A stretch of DNA of 64,000 nt, from positions 3,104,001 to 3,168,000 of the forward strand of contig OZ242326.1 in NCBI GenBank assembly GCA_965208325.1, in the 5' to 3' direction. The notes beneath the pieces are model-generated. The model ran no database searches, was not told the origin of the DNA, and saw nothing but the letters and a program-made list of their open reading frames with translations. Of this stretch, positions 8,794-20,909 are shown piece by piece; within the stretch, counting starts at the first letter, position 1, and the number at the start of each line of letters is the position of its first letter. Source of the DNA: Candidatus Poribacteria bacterium (GTDB lineage: Bacteria; Poribacteria; WGA-4E; PCPOR2b). A program made the translations under genes and the position numbers.

Positions 8794-11244
8794 CTATTCC
8801 TGCGCACCGCTTCCATTTCCAGAAATTTTACCAACATCAACGACAATTTCATCTGGACGCAGAGCCATCAGACGAACGCCTTGCGTATTTCTGCCAATTG
8901 CCCGTATGTCGCTTACAGGGATTCGAGTCACCATACCGTTCGAACTTATGAAAATCAACTCATCATCATTCGATACCATTTTAACGGCGACGACGGTACC
9001 GTTTCGCTCGCTTGTTTTAATAGCGATTACTCCCTTTCCGCCACGCGCTTGCAATCGATATGCCTTCAAGGAAGTTCGTTTCCCATAGCCGTTTTCCGTA
9101 ACAACTAGCAGCATTAGCCTCTCATCCGCGGCAGACACCATTCCAACAACAAAATCATCATCCGCTAAACGAATCCCCCGCACCCCTGCCGCTGTTCGCC
9201 CCATACTACGGACTTCATCCTCATTAAAGCGAATCGACAGTCCGGATTTCGTCACAAGGACGACCTGGTGGTCTCCTTCGGTTAACTGTACTTCAATCAA
9301 CTTATCTCCTACATCAAGATTAATGGCGATAATTCCAGCGGAGTACGGCCTACTGAAAACGTCGAGGCTGCATTTTTTTACAATCCCATTTTGAGTTGCC
9401 ATGAAAACAAACCGATTTTCGTCAAACTCCCGTACTGAAACAAACGCTGTAATTTTTTCGTCATTCTCGACCCGTAAAAGGTTGACAATGGCTCGACCAA
9501 TTGATGTCCGGCTGCCCTCGGGAATCTGAAAGACCTTAAGCCAATAACATTTTCCGCTATCCGTAAAGAATAGGATATACTGGTGCGCGGAAGCAACAAA
9601 TATGTGTTCGACGAAATCTCCTTCCTTTGTCCCCATCCCCATAACTCCGACGCCGCCTCGATGCTGGCGGCGGTAGACCGAGATTGGCATCCGCTTGATG
9701 TAGCCAGTGTGTGAGATAACCACAACCATCTCTTCATCGGCAATCAAATCTTCAATATTAAACTCTTTGACGGCATCAATGATTTCAGTTCGACGTTCAT
9801 CCCCGTATTTGGATTTTAATTCTAATAGCTCGGTCTTGATTATGTCGGTAATTAACATCTCACTTTCGAGAATGGCTTTCAGTTCTTCAATCTTTTCCAG
9901 AAGATCGGCGTATTCGTTATTGATTTTCTGTCGTTCCAAGCCGGTCAACTGGCGTAATGTCATTCCCAATATCTCATTGGCTTGTATTTCCGACAGCGAA
10001 AAAGTTCTGATCAATTCATCCCTCGCATCTTGCGGATTGTCCGCTGTCTGAACAATCTCGATTACCTCCTCGATTTGATTCAACGCTATACGATACCCTT
10101 CCAGAATGTGCGCTCGTCTCTCGCATTGATCCAAATCAAACTGAGTTCGACGACGAAGAACTTCTCTCCGGTGTTCAAGATATGCCTTAAGTATCTCTTT
10201 CAGAGGCAATACTTTCGGAATTCCGTCGACCAAGCACAACATAATCGAGTTGAAGTTGCTCTGCATCTGGGTGTGCTTGTACAATTGATTCAAGATGACT
10301 TGTGCAATCTCGCCCCGCTTCAGTTCAACAATAACACGTATTTCCCGATCCGATTCGTCACGTATGTCCGAAATCCCGGTGATTGTTTTACTTACGACCA
10401 GTTCATACATCTTCTCAAGCAACTGGTTTTTCTTGATTTGGTACGGTATTTCTGTAATGACAATCTGTTCCTTTCCCCCTGCCAACCGCTCAATCACAAC
10501 TCTTGCCCGGACCGTGATACTCCCCTTGCCAACTGTATACGTTTCGCGAATGCCGTTTTCGCCGACAATCAAACCTGCTGTCGGAAAATCGGGGCCGGGA
10601 ATGCATCTCATCAACTCTTCAACCGTGGCAGCCGGATTCTCAAGAATTAAAATTAAACCATTGACAATCTCGTTTAAATTATGGGGTGGGATTCGCGTGA
10701 GATATCCGACGCCGATTCCAGTGGTGCCGTTGACAATCAAATTAGGTAAACATGCCGGAAGCACTGTGGGCTCGGTCGCCGATTCCTTGTAGTTCGGCTG
10801 AAAATCTACAGTATTCTTGTGAATGTCCGCCAGCATCTCATCAGCAACTGGCATTAACCGGCATTCTGTGTAACGCATGGCTCCAGGGGGATCATCATCA
10901 ATCGAGCCAAAGTTCCCCTGTCCGTCAATTAACGGGTAGCGCATCGCAAACTCTTGCGCTAACCCGACCAATGTGTCGTAAATCGGACCATCTCCGTGCG
11001 GATGAAAATTTTTCATCACCTCGCCGACAACCGCCGCACACTTATCGTAAGGACGATTAGCCGTCAGATTGATCTCGCCCATAGCATAAATAATGCGCCG
11101 CGTGCTCGGTTTCATCCCGTCTCTTACATCAGGAATCGCCCGGTTCGTATTGACGCTCATCGCATAGGTCAGGTACGATTCCTTTAACTCTTCCTCAATG
11201 TATCTCGGAAGGATATTTTGGTTTTCTCTATCTGATGTGAGCAC
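8794..11244 (-). CDS. gyrA: DNA gyrase subunit A
   Basis: PDVRDG, FHPHGD, AMRYTE catalytic Tyr, GyrA-box QHRGGVG, beta-pinwheel repeats. Confidence 0.98.
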   Translation of the reverse strand: MLTSDRENQNILPRYIEEELKESYLTYAMSVNTNRAIPDVRDGMKPSTRRIIYAMGEINLTANRPYDKCAAVVGEVMKNFHPHGDGPIYDTLVGLAQEFAMRYPLIDGQGNFGSIDDDPPGAMRYTECRLMPVADEMLADIHKNTVDFQPNYKESATEPTVLPACLPNLIVNGTTGIGVGYLTRIPPHNLNEIVNGLILILENPAATVEELMRCIPGPDFPTAGLIVGENGIRETYTVGKGSITVRARVVIERLAGGKEQIVITEIPYQIKKNQLLEKMYELVVSKTITGISDIRDESDREIRVIVELKRGEIAQVILNQLYKHTQMQSNFNSIMLCLVDGIPKVLPLKEILKAYLEHRREVLRRRTQFDLDQCERRAHILEGYRIALNQIEEVIEIVQTADNPQDARDELIRTFSLSEIQANEILGMTLRQLTGLERQKINNEYADLLEKIEELKAILESEMLITDIIKTELLELKSKYGDERRTEIIDAVKEFNIEDLIADEEMVVVISHTGYIKRMPISVYRRQHRGGVGVMGMGTKEGDFVEHIFVASAHQYILFFTDSGKCYWLKVFQIPEGSRTSIGRAIVNLLRVENDEKITAFVSVREFDENRFVFMATQNGIVKKCSLDVFSRPYSAGIIAINLDVGDKLIEVQLTEGDHQVVLVTKSGLSIRFNEDEVRSMGRTAAGVRGIRLADDDFVVGMVSAADERLMLLVVTENGYGKRTSLKAYRLQARGGKGVIAIKTSERNGTVVAVKMVSNDDELIFISSNGMVTRIPVSDIRAIGRNTQGVRLMALRPDEIVVDVGKISGNGSGAQE

Positions 11245-11295
11245 GTTCTACCCTACTTCTGTTACAGTTGGTGAGTACAAATCCTTTTCTACCTA

Positions 11296-13764
<2,469 letters not shown>

Positions 13765-13857
13765 TCATTTGATATCTATTGATGAGCCGGGTAGGAGATT
13801 AATATTTCGAGAAGATTGTTACTTCTTTTTCGGACTCAAAGTTGGTAAAATCTGTCC

Positions 13858-14439
13858 CTATGAGGAACCGCGGCCGCGCTCAGGAGAATCAGTATCGTGA
13901 TTAGGTTGATTCTGGGAGGAGATGTAACCGGATTTCGACTGGACATCATCAATAACAGCGCGTTGGCTCTGTTTCATAAAAACACGTTTTAAGCACGCTT
14001 TCAACTCTGTATCCTCTACTTTGGCAACCTTACGATCGATTCGCTCCATAATATAAGGGGTAAGTACAACTTTTTCTAAACTATTTAGACGCTTGGAGGG
14101 CTGACGAGGTTGCATCTTTCGGGTACTAGGCTTGATAGGCTTTACAAAAAACTGCAAATCTGTCACTGCGGTTTTGCCAACAGTATGGTTGATTTTTTCA
14201 GTGACATGCTGCTTAAGTAACGAAAGCTCAGTAATCAAAACGGAATTCACCGCATAAACCGTTAACTTACCGTTAAACAGTGATATGGCTCGAGTATTGC
14301 GCGCCACAGGTTCTCCCACGGCACTATCCCAGGCAGCAAGCACTTTCGCCTCAAGTATTTTACGATCGTAACCATATTCGCGCAATAAGTATGAAAGGAT
14401 ATTTTCAATTTTATGCGTGTTGTCTGATAACTTGTCCAT
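13858..14439 (-). CDS. dciA: DUF721/DciA family helicase-loader protein
   Basis: WDSAVGEPVARNTRA...GKLTV...ELSLLK pattern; located between recF and gyrB. Confidence 0.8.
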   Translation of the reverse strand: MDKLSDNTHKIENILSYLLREYGYDRKILEAKVLAAWDSAVGEPVARNTRAISLFNGKLTVYAVNSVLITELSLLKQHVTEKINHTVGKTAVTDLQFFVKPIKPSTRKMQPRQPSKRLNSLEKVVLTPYIMERIDRKVAKVEDTELKACLKRVFMKQSQRAVIDDVQSKSGYISSQNQPNHDTDSPERGRGSS

Positions 14440-15733
14440 TTTTTATCGTTAAAATGCAGCTGTCTTCCAGAGATTCGGTCCAAACCTCCCGCCGCGTCGA
14501 AGTGATAAATGTCTGTGAATTTAATCGTTGCAGCATATCAAACAAATATGCCGAACGCATCTCATCTAGTTCCGAGATAACATCATCTAGCAATACAACT
14601 GGCGCTTTATCTGTTATTCCACGAATCAACTCTAACTCACCCAATTTTAAAGCTAAAGCAATCGTCCGTTGTTGTCCCTGTGAACAGAAGGATTTGGCAT
14701 CCTGGCGTTGCAAATATTCGCCTCTCCCTGTTTCTAGCGTCAGTTTCAAATCGTCCCGGTGGGGACCTACGGACGTCGTCCCACGGAGTATATCTTGCGA
14801 TCGAGAACAAGATAGAGCCTTTAAGTATTCATCCACGGCTTCGGATTGGCTAATGGAGTCAATACCTTCGAGAGCTTCCGGTGGTTGGTACTCCACGACA
14901 AGTGTTTCACTCCCACCGGTCAGTTCACTATGTTTTATTTGCGCATACGTACTCAACTGCCTTAGCATTTTACTTCGAGTTTGTATAATAGAAACACCAT
15001 CGTCAATGAGTAGTGAATCCCAAGCCTCTAAAAGATCGCTTCTGGCTTGATTTGCCCGAATTTGCTTCAGTAGCTCATTTCGTTGCTTGAGCGCAAACTG
15101 GTAATTTTGCAGATGGTTTAAGTACGCCGGACTGAGTTGAGATATTAGTATATCAATAAAACGTCGGCGTTCGGATGGCGCCCCTTTTACTAAAGTAAGC
15201 GATTCGGGTGAAAAGAAAACGACATTGAACTGTCCAATCCACTCGGAAAGCTTCCGTTGAAGATCTCCATTCAGCTTAAACCGCTTTTTGCCATTCGATT
15301 CGTTCGAGACTTCCAGAGTCATATTAAGCGAGTCTAGATCCTGGCTTTCGGGCTTAGACGAAGTTGAATAGCAATTACTAATGTCGGCAGATGCCTGGCA
15401 TCCTTCAATATAGCTAGATTGAACTGCCGAGTTTGAGAGCGGGGATTCGTGAATTAGATTAGAATGAGTGCCGGTGGGCTGAGTTCGTGTAGTCGCATCG
15501 CAATCAGGCGCAATCATACCTTTTAGATAAAACCAGTTCTCGTTATGCCGTATTAGCTCAACATCTGGGTAGGTGCGGTGGGATTTGGCTGTGCTAAGAA
15601 AGTAAATCGCCTCCAACAGGCTAGTTTTACCCTGTGCATTTCCGCCGACAATCAGGTTACCTTTATTCGGAAATTCAATCTCGCAATCTACATAAATCCG
15701 AAAGTTACGTAACAGAAGGTAGTTTAATCGCAT
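14411..15733 (-). CDS. recF: DNA replication/repair protein RecF
   Basis: GGNAQGKTSLLEAI, GAPSERRRFID, GPHRDDL, SQGQQR, LLDDVISELD. Confidence 0.97.
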   Translation of the reverse strand: MRLNYLLLRNFRIYVDCEIEFPNKGNLIVGGNAQGKTSLLEAIYFLSTAKSHRTYPDVELIRHNENWFYLKGMIAPDCDATTRTQPTGTHSNLIHESPLSNSAVQSSYIEGCQASADISNCYSTSSKPESQDLDSLNMTLEVSNESNGKKRFKLNGDLQRKLSEWIGQFNVVFFSPESLTLVKGAPSERRRFIDILISQLSPAYLNHLQNYQFALKQRNELLKQIRANQARSDLLEAWDSLLIDDGVSIIQTRSKMLRQLSTYAQIKHSELTGGSETLVVEYQPPEALEGIDSISQSEAVDEYLKALSCSRSQDILRGTTSVGPHRDDLKLTLETGRGEYLQRQDAKSFCSQGQQRTIALALKLGELELIRGITDKAPVVLLDDVISELDEMRSAYLFDMLQRLNSQTFITSTRREVWTESLEDSCILTIKNGQVIRQHA

Positions 15734-15765
15734 CGTTTTAACGAGTAATGTCGGAGACCTTCGGC

Positions 15766-16869
15766 CTAGCTTTCAAGCCTCATAGGCATAATCAAGCCGA
15801 GATGATTATCTTCGCCTACAGGTTTTAAAACCACGGCACTCAACGGATCCTTGAATTCCATCGCCACCTCTTCAGTTTGAATATGCCGTAACACATCCAT
15901 CAGAAAACGTGCATCAAATGCGATTTCGATACCGCCATTGCTGCTTTTGAAATCTATAGTTTCCTCAGCCTCTCCCAATTCCGGCGTTTTTGCAGAGATA
16001 TTGACTGCGTTTTCATCAACGTCCAATCGGATGGAGAAATTTTTTGGGTTTGAGAACAAAGCCACACGCCTCAAAGCACTGAAAAACAACTCCACATCAA
16101 GCACAACTTTCCCCTCGTTGTCTTTCGGGATAATTTGCTCGTATTTAGGGTATTCCCCTTCCACCAATCGAGAAGTAAGGGTTGCAACATCATCCGCGAA
16201 AATGATTTGATTTTCCCGCAAACAGACGCGTATCTCCTCCGATTCGGCAAAAGTCTTGACAATTTCACGGACTGCTTTGAGTGGCACAATTATCCCTATG
16301 GGTTCTTGCGGCGTTGGTGTCAATGGACCATTTGAAGCGATAGCCAAACGCCGCCCGTCTGTTGCAACCATCTGAGTAATTTCGGGCGTCAAATAAAAGT
16401 AAAGCCCGTTAAGAAAATACCGCGTTTCCTCAATGGAAGCTGCAAACTCCGTTTTGTAAATCATTGATCGTAGAACTTCGCCGTTTATTGTAAAAAAATC
16501 GTCCTTAATTGTAGGAAGATTCGGGAATTCGTCATCGGGCAAACCAATCATTTTGTACGTACCTTGGGCGCATGCAATTTCAACGCGATCGTTTGCTGTT
16601 GTAGTAAACCTAATTTCTGCCGGCGGAAGTTCGCGTGCAATTTCAGCAAGTTTTCTGGCGGAGAGAGTGATAGCCCCCCCGTCGGATATTGTCCCCGGAA
16701 CAATCATCCGAATACCGACCTCCAAATCTGTTGATGCAATCACAATTTGATCGCCGGTCGCATCAATTAAAACGTTTGATAATATGGGCAGCGTGTTTCT
16801 TCCAGCAGCTACACTCTGTACTACTTGTATTGCTTTTAGCAAATTTTCCTTTTCGAATATTAGCTCCAT
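15766..16869 (-). CDS. dnaN: DNA polymerase III beta clamp
   Basis: TLPILSNVL, TDLE, ATDGRRLA, EGEYPKY, LIMPMR. Confidence 0.98.
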   Translation of the reverse strand: MELIFEKENLLKAIQVVQSVAAGRNTLPILSNVLIDATGDQIVIASTDLEVGIRMIVPGTISDGGAITLSARKLAEIARELPPAEIRFTTTANDRVEIACAQGTYKMIGLPDDEFPNLPTIKDDFFTINGEVLRSMIYKTEFAASIEETRYFLNGLYFYLTPEITQMVATDGRRLAIASNGPLTPTPQEPIGIIVPLKAVREIVKTFAESEEIRVCLRENQIIFADDVATLTSRLVEGEYPKYEQIIPKDNEGKVVLDVELFFSALRRVALFSNPKNFSIRLDVDENAVNISAKTPELGEAEETIDFKSSNGGIEIAFDARFLMDVLRHIQTEEVAMEFKDPLSAVVLKPVGEDNHLGLIMPMRLES

Positions 16870-16959
16870 TTTTTCCCCCTTAAAGTATGTTATTAAAATT
16901 TCAAATTACTTTTAATCGCTAGGTTACGGTCAAGCAATCCCGTCTTCATTTGGGAGTAC

Positions 16960-17190
16960 TGTACTCTTGATATTATAAATTTATATAAAAATTAAAGTAA
17001 TAGTAGTAGGTGTGGAAATGTGGATAACTGCTGAAATGCTAAATAATTATTGGGTTGCGATGCTGGGTAAAAGTTGTGGATAATTAATCGAATATCCACA
17101 ATTTTTGTACATCTCTTTATTTATCCACATTTATCCACCAACTATACACAAAGTTATACACATGCTTATCCACAAGTTATACACATTATT
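16960..17190. other. oriC unwinding part (dnaA-dnaN intergenic): DUE, DnaA-trios and DnaA-box cluster
   Basis: AT-rich tract at about 16970-17000; TAATAGTAGTAG trios at 16998-17009. DnaA boxes: TGTGGATAA 17019 and 17075; TTATCCACA 17121 and 17166; TTATACACA 17154 and 17177; near-matches at 17011, 17092, 17131 and 17142. Confidence 0.93.
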
Positions 17191-17542
17191 TTTTGTTCGA
17201 AGTTTTGCTAAAATATAAACCCGACTGGTAAATATTGTGGTACGGTTCGCTATCGAGACTGATGGCGTAGTTATTATTGTTGCTATCGTCAAACCGCTGC
17301 CTGTTGATAGAAATTCTTATTAACGCAGCTATGGAGATAAAAATTACAATTGCAATGCAACCGAAATGGTATTTTGCGGATAATGCAGTAGGTGTTCAGT
17401 GCGGGAACATCCGACATGAGAAACTTCACGAGGCAAATGCCATTATTAGTTTTTGCAACACGACAGCGCGATGGTATGTAACTATTTGGTCTCAACCAAC
17501 AACAAAAGGGCTCAAATATTTGATGTATCGGCATTAGTTAAG

Positions 17543-18886
17543 TTATTGTATATCAGCAATCAATAATTTGATATCCTGCTCAAGTTTTGTATCGTGTGGT
17601 ATCCTTTCTTGGATTTTATCGCACGCATGGATAACGGTGGTATGATCCTGCTTATTGAAAGCAGCCGCAATTTCTTGCAATGACATACTTGTCAATTCTC
17701 TACAGAGATACATCGAAATTTGCCGCGGGTAGACGTAAGCCCGGTTTCGCTTGGAAGATTTCAGGTGCGATATCTTTAATTCAAAATAGTTGGCGACAGC
17801 TTCTTGTATATCATCGACGGTGATAGCTCTATGGTGAACGACAGGCGATTGTGTAGAGAGAGGGCCTAACACTCGCGCCGCAAACTCAACAGTTAATTCT
17901 TCCTCACGGACACTACTCTCCATAACGAGGCGATTGAGTTTGCCTTCAAGATCGCGGATGTTAGTTTGAACCACTTCAGCAATGTAACTTAAAACACTAT
18001 CAGTAATATTTTCATATCCATAGTCTTCGCACTTCTGGCGCAGGATAGCCAGTCGTGTCTCAAATTGCGGCGGATCGATATCTGCTACCATGCCGCACCC
18101 GAAGCGAGACGTAAGTCTTTCCTCAACAGTTTCAAGGTTTCTGGGTGGGCGGTCACTTGTCATCACGATCTGATTCGAGTTCAAATGTAACTCGTTGAAG
18201 GTGTGGAAGAATTCCTCCTGTGTGCCCTCTTTGCCCCGTAGAAACTGGATGTCATCAATCAAAAGCACGTTTGCTGTTCGGTATTTGTTACGAAAATCCT
18301 GCGCAGTTGTCCGGGCGGAAATAGAATCAATGTATTCGTTCATAAAGATTTCAGAAGTCACGTAAAGCACTTTGAGGTGTGAATGATGTGCCTGGATATA
18401 ATTGCCAACTGCATGTAGCAGGTGCGTTTTCCCCAACCCAACTCCGCCATGGATGAATAGCGGGTTGTGTTTATCTCCGGGTTCTTTAGCGCAGCCAAGT
18501 GCAGCAGCATGGCTCAAACGGTTACTGGCTCCAACGACAAATCGGTCGAACGTGCACTTGGGGTCTAGGCGGGTTTCTTTAGCGGGAAGTACGGAGGTTG
18601 CGGCAGCGGCGGACGAAAAACCGGGAGTCGAATTATTATCAGGCTGAACCACGGTGATGTTAAGCCTGCATCCCGTCCCCACGAACTCTTCTAAGTATTC
18701 GTTTATCGATGTTAGAAATCGATCGTGTATTTGCTCTTGTGTGAAGAGAGCTGGCACTGATACAGTGAACTGACTGTCGGTCAGGGTAATAGGTTTGGTC
18801 TGTTTTAGAAAAATATCCTCGCGCGCAATGTCACCAAGTTCAGATAAAATTTGCATCCAGATGTCATTCGGGCTCTGCTGCATCAT
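17543..18886 (-). CDS. dnaA: chromosomal replication initiator DnaA
   Basis: TFDRFVVGASN, NPLFIHGGVGLGKTHL, LLIDDIQF, QEEFFHTFN, NIRDLEG, DHTTVIHA. Confidence 0.98.
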   Translation of the reverse strand: MMQQSPNDIWMQILSELGDIAREDIFLKQTKPITLTDSQFTVSVPALFTQEQIHDRFLTSINEYLEEFVGTGCRLNITVVQPDNNSTPGFSSAAAATSVLPAKETRLDPKCTFDRFVVGASNRLSHAAALGCAKEPGDKHNPLFIHGGVGLGKTHLLHAVGNYIQAHHSHLKVLYVTSEIFMNEYIDSISARTTAQDFRNKYRTANVLLIDDIQFLRGKEGTQEEFFHTFNELHLNSNQIVMTSDRPPRNLETVEERLTSRFGCGMVADIDPPQFETRLAILRQKCEDYGYENITDSVLSYIAEVVQTNIRDLEGKLNRLVMESSVREEELTVEFAARVLGPLSTQSPVVHHRAITVDDIQEAVANYFELKISHLKSSKRNRAYVYPRQISMYLCRELTSMSLQEIAAAFNKQDHTTVIHACDKIQERIPHDTKLEQDIKLLIADIQ

Positions 18887-19057
18887 AGTATTCCTAGATT
18901 CATTTGTGCGGGGAGATTACGGCACCATATGAGAGTTTCATTAAAGCTGTGTTAAGCAAAGTAAAACACATCAAGGTACTAATACAGTTGGCTATGCAAA
19001 CATTTTTAATTAACTGTGCTGAGGTGTATTGGCGGGTAAATGATGAGAGAGGGATTT

Positions 19058-19134
19058 ATATCCACAAGTTATTCACAACTTATCCACAAAATTTATACGA
19101 CCTAGAAACGTGGTAGTAGTAGTACTTTGTATAG
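19058..19134. promoter_or_regulatory. upstream DnaA-box cluster (second oriC part / dnaA autoregulation)
   Basis: ATATCCACA 19058, TTATTCACA 19069 and TTATCCACA 19080, spaced 11 bp apart; TAGTAGTAG at 19114. Confidence 0.85.
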
Positions 19135-19307
19135 CAAAAGAAGAGTATAAATGTCGGAAAAAATGATGGTCGAAAATCCCACTAAATTTTAATTACGGTA
19201 CGATTATCGTCTTAAATACACCTTGCGCAAAATAACGTCTCAAGAATGTCTGACCTTATGTACATTGCCGCAACGCTGCCCACGAAATAAGATGCAACTA
19301 AAGTCCT

Positions 19308-19336
19308 AGTATATCATGAATCGGAACTTTGCGCAA
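19308..19336 (-). promoter_or_regulatory. putative dnaA promoter
   Basis: Minus strand TTGCGC-N17-TATACT with extended -10 TG. Confidence 0.55.
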
Positions 19337-19369
19337 GATGTAAATCGAACTTGTTGAAGGGGATTAAAC

Positions 19370-19399
19370 TTGACAAATTCTGATCGAATAGACTATTAT
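19370..19399 (+). promoter_or_regulatory. putative rpmH promoter
   Basis: TTGACA-N18-TATTAT. Confidence 0.55.
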
Positions 19400-19440
19400 T
19401 CCTCTGCTTTTCGCAGATTAATCTAGGAAGGAGCGAGCTA

Positions 19441-19575
19441 TTGAAACGTACATACCAACCTCACCGCCGCAAACGAAAAAACAAATTTGGCTTCCGTAAA
19501 CGGATGTCCTATCGGGATGGGAGAAAAATCCTGTCTCGAAGACGGGCGAAGGGACGAAAAGTGCTCAGTGCCTAA
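19441..19575 (+). CDS. rpmH: 50S ribosomal protein L34
   Basis: Below the ORF-track size cutoff. TTG start after [52 protein letters not shown]; divergent from dnaA. Confidence 0.97.
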   Translation: MKRTYQPHRRKRKNKFGFRKRMSYRDGRKILSRRRAKGRKVLSA

Positions 19576-19595
19576 ATTTCATATCTAGAGAATGC

Positions 19596-20603
19596 TTGAC
19601 GATGATACTGCCGCCCGGAAAGCTAAGTATAGATTTCTTGCAGGAAATTCTACCCAAACCGCAGAACGAAAACCGCCTTCTCGCGGGACCAACCATCGGC
19701 GAAGATGCTGCAGTTATTGACTTTGGGGAAACTTGTCTTGTTGCGACGACAGATCCAATTACGTTTGCAACTGAAGAGATTGGTTGGTACCTTGTCTGCG
19801 TAAATAGCAACGACATTGCGACGATGGGCGCAGTTCCAAAATGGTTGTTAGTGTCCATTCTCTTGCCCGAAAATCAAACAACCGAGGATTTGGTTCGTAA
19901 GATTATGCTGCAAATAACGTCGGCATGCAGACAATTTAACATTACGCTATGCGGCGGGCATACTGAAGTCACTTTCGGCTTGGATCGGCCGATCGTCATC
20001 GGACAAATGCTAGGCGAGGTCAAAAAGGAGAACTTGATTACTGCAACAGGAGCTCGCGCGGGGGACGATTTAATACTAACCAAAGGGATTGGCATCGAAG
20101 CGACAGCAATAATCGCGCGTGAGCGAGAGGAATATTTGTCTAACCGATTTTCGCCTGCATTCTTGAAACGGGCGAGAAGCTATTTGACAAATCCCGGCAT
20201 TTCAATCTTGAAAGAAGCCGCAATTGCTGCCGGCATCAAGGGCGTTCATGCGATGCATGATCCAACTGAAGGCGGTGTGGCGACGGCAATTCACGAGTTA
20301 GCGTATGCAACGAAGCTTGGTGCAATCCTTTGGGAGAAAAGACTGATTATCTCGGAAGAGACCGAACAACTGTGTGCAGAATTTCACCTCGATCCGTTGG
20401 GCGTTATCTCTTCGGGGGCATTACTCATTGCCGCGGCGCCAGCGTATACCAAAGAAATTTTGATTGCCCTATCTAACCAAAATATCTCTTGTGAGGTAGT
20501 TGGTCAATTATTAGCTCCGGATAGCGGTCTCTGGCTTGAGACCGACGGCCAACGCCGTCCGCTGCCTATTTTTGAAACCGACGAGATTACTAAGATTTTA
20601 TAA
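19596..20603 (+). CDS. AIR synthase-related (PurM/HypE-like) protein
   Basis: PGKL, GEDAAVI, TTDPIT, NDIATMG, GGHTE, HDPTEGG; start may be ATG at 19602. Confidence 0.88.
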   Translation: MTMILPPGKLSIDFLQEILPKPQNENRLLAGPTIGEDAAVIDFGETCLVATTDPITFATEEIGWYLVCVNSNDIATMGAVPKWLLVSILLPENQTTEDLVRKIMLQITSACRQFNITLCGGHTEVTFGLDRPIVIGQMLGEVKKENLITATGARAGDDLILTKGIGIEATAIIAREREEYLSNRFSPAFLKRARSYLTNPGISILKEAAIAAGIKGVHAMHDPTEGGVATAIHELAYATKLGAILWEKRLIISEETEQLCAEFHLDPLGVISSGALLIAAAPAYTKEILIALSNQNISCEVVGQLLAPDSGLWLETDGQRRPLPIFETDEITKIL

Positions 20604-20707
20604 ATTTTTGTATTAGTCAATGAGAAGGTTGACACTGCCGACTATTTCTCACTTGGTCAAAATTTCCAGATTCAGCCTGGATGTCGGACTTAGCGCGGGC
20701 GCAAATC

Positions 20708-20748
20708 ACCTGACCCCCTCTAGCTCCCGCTTAGCAAGGGGGAGGATT
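20708..20748. repeat. short palindromic REP-like element
   Basis: CCCCCTCTAGCTCCCGCTTAGCAAGGGGGAGG resembles segments at about 33205-33232 and 52732-52873. Confidence 0.4.
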
Positions 20749-20909
20749 TTCCGATGCAAGCATCAATGTGCGCAAACTATCCTCTTGACCATTACAGATT
20801 TTATAGATTGTCCAAGTTTAATTGCCGGATTTTCTATCCAAAGGACTAGATGTTGGTTAATGAACAACAGCGCATGGAGGCGTGATTTGGAATGTCCGGA
20901 GTGATGTAA

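Noticed and set aside
17277..17537. Short ORFs on both strands between dnaA and the oriC boxes
   Set aside because: No RBS or protein-like features; typical origin intergenic DNA.
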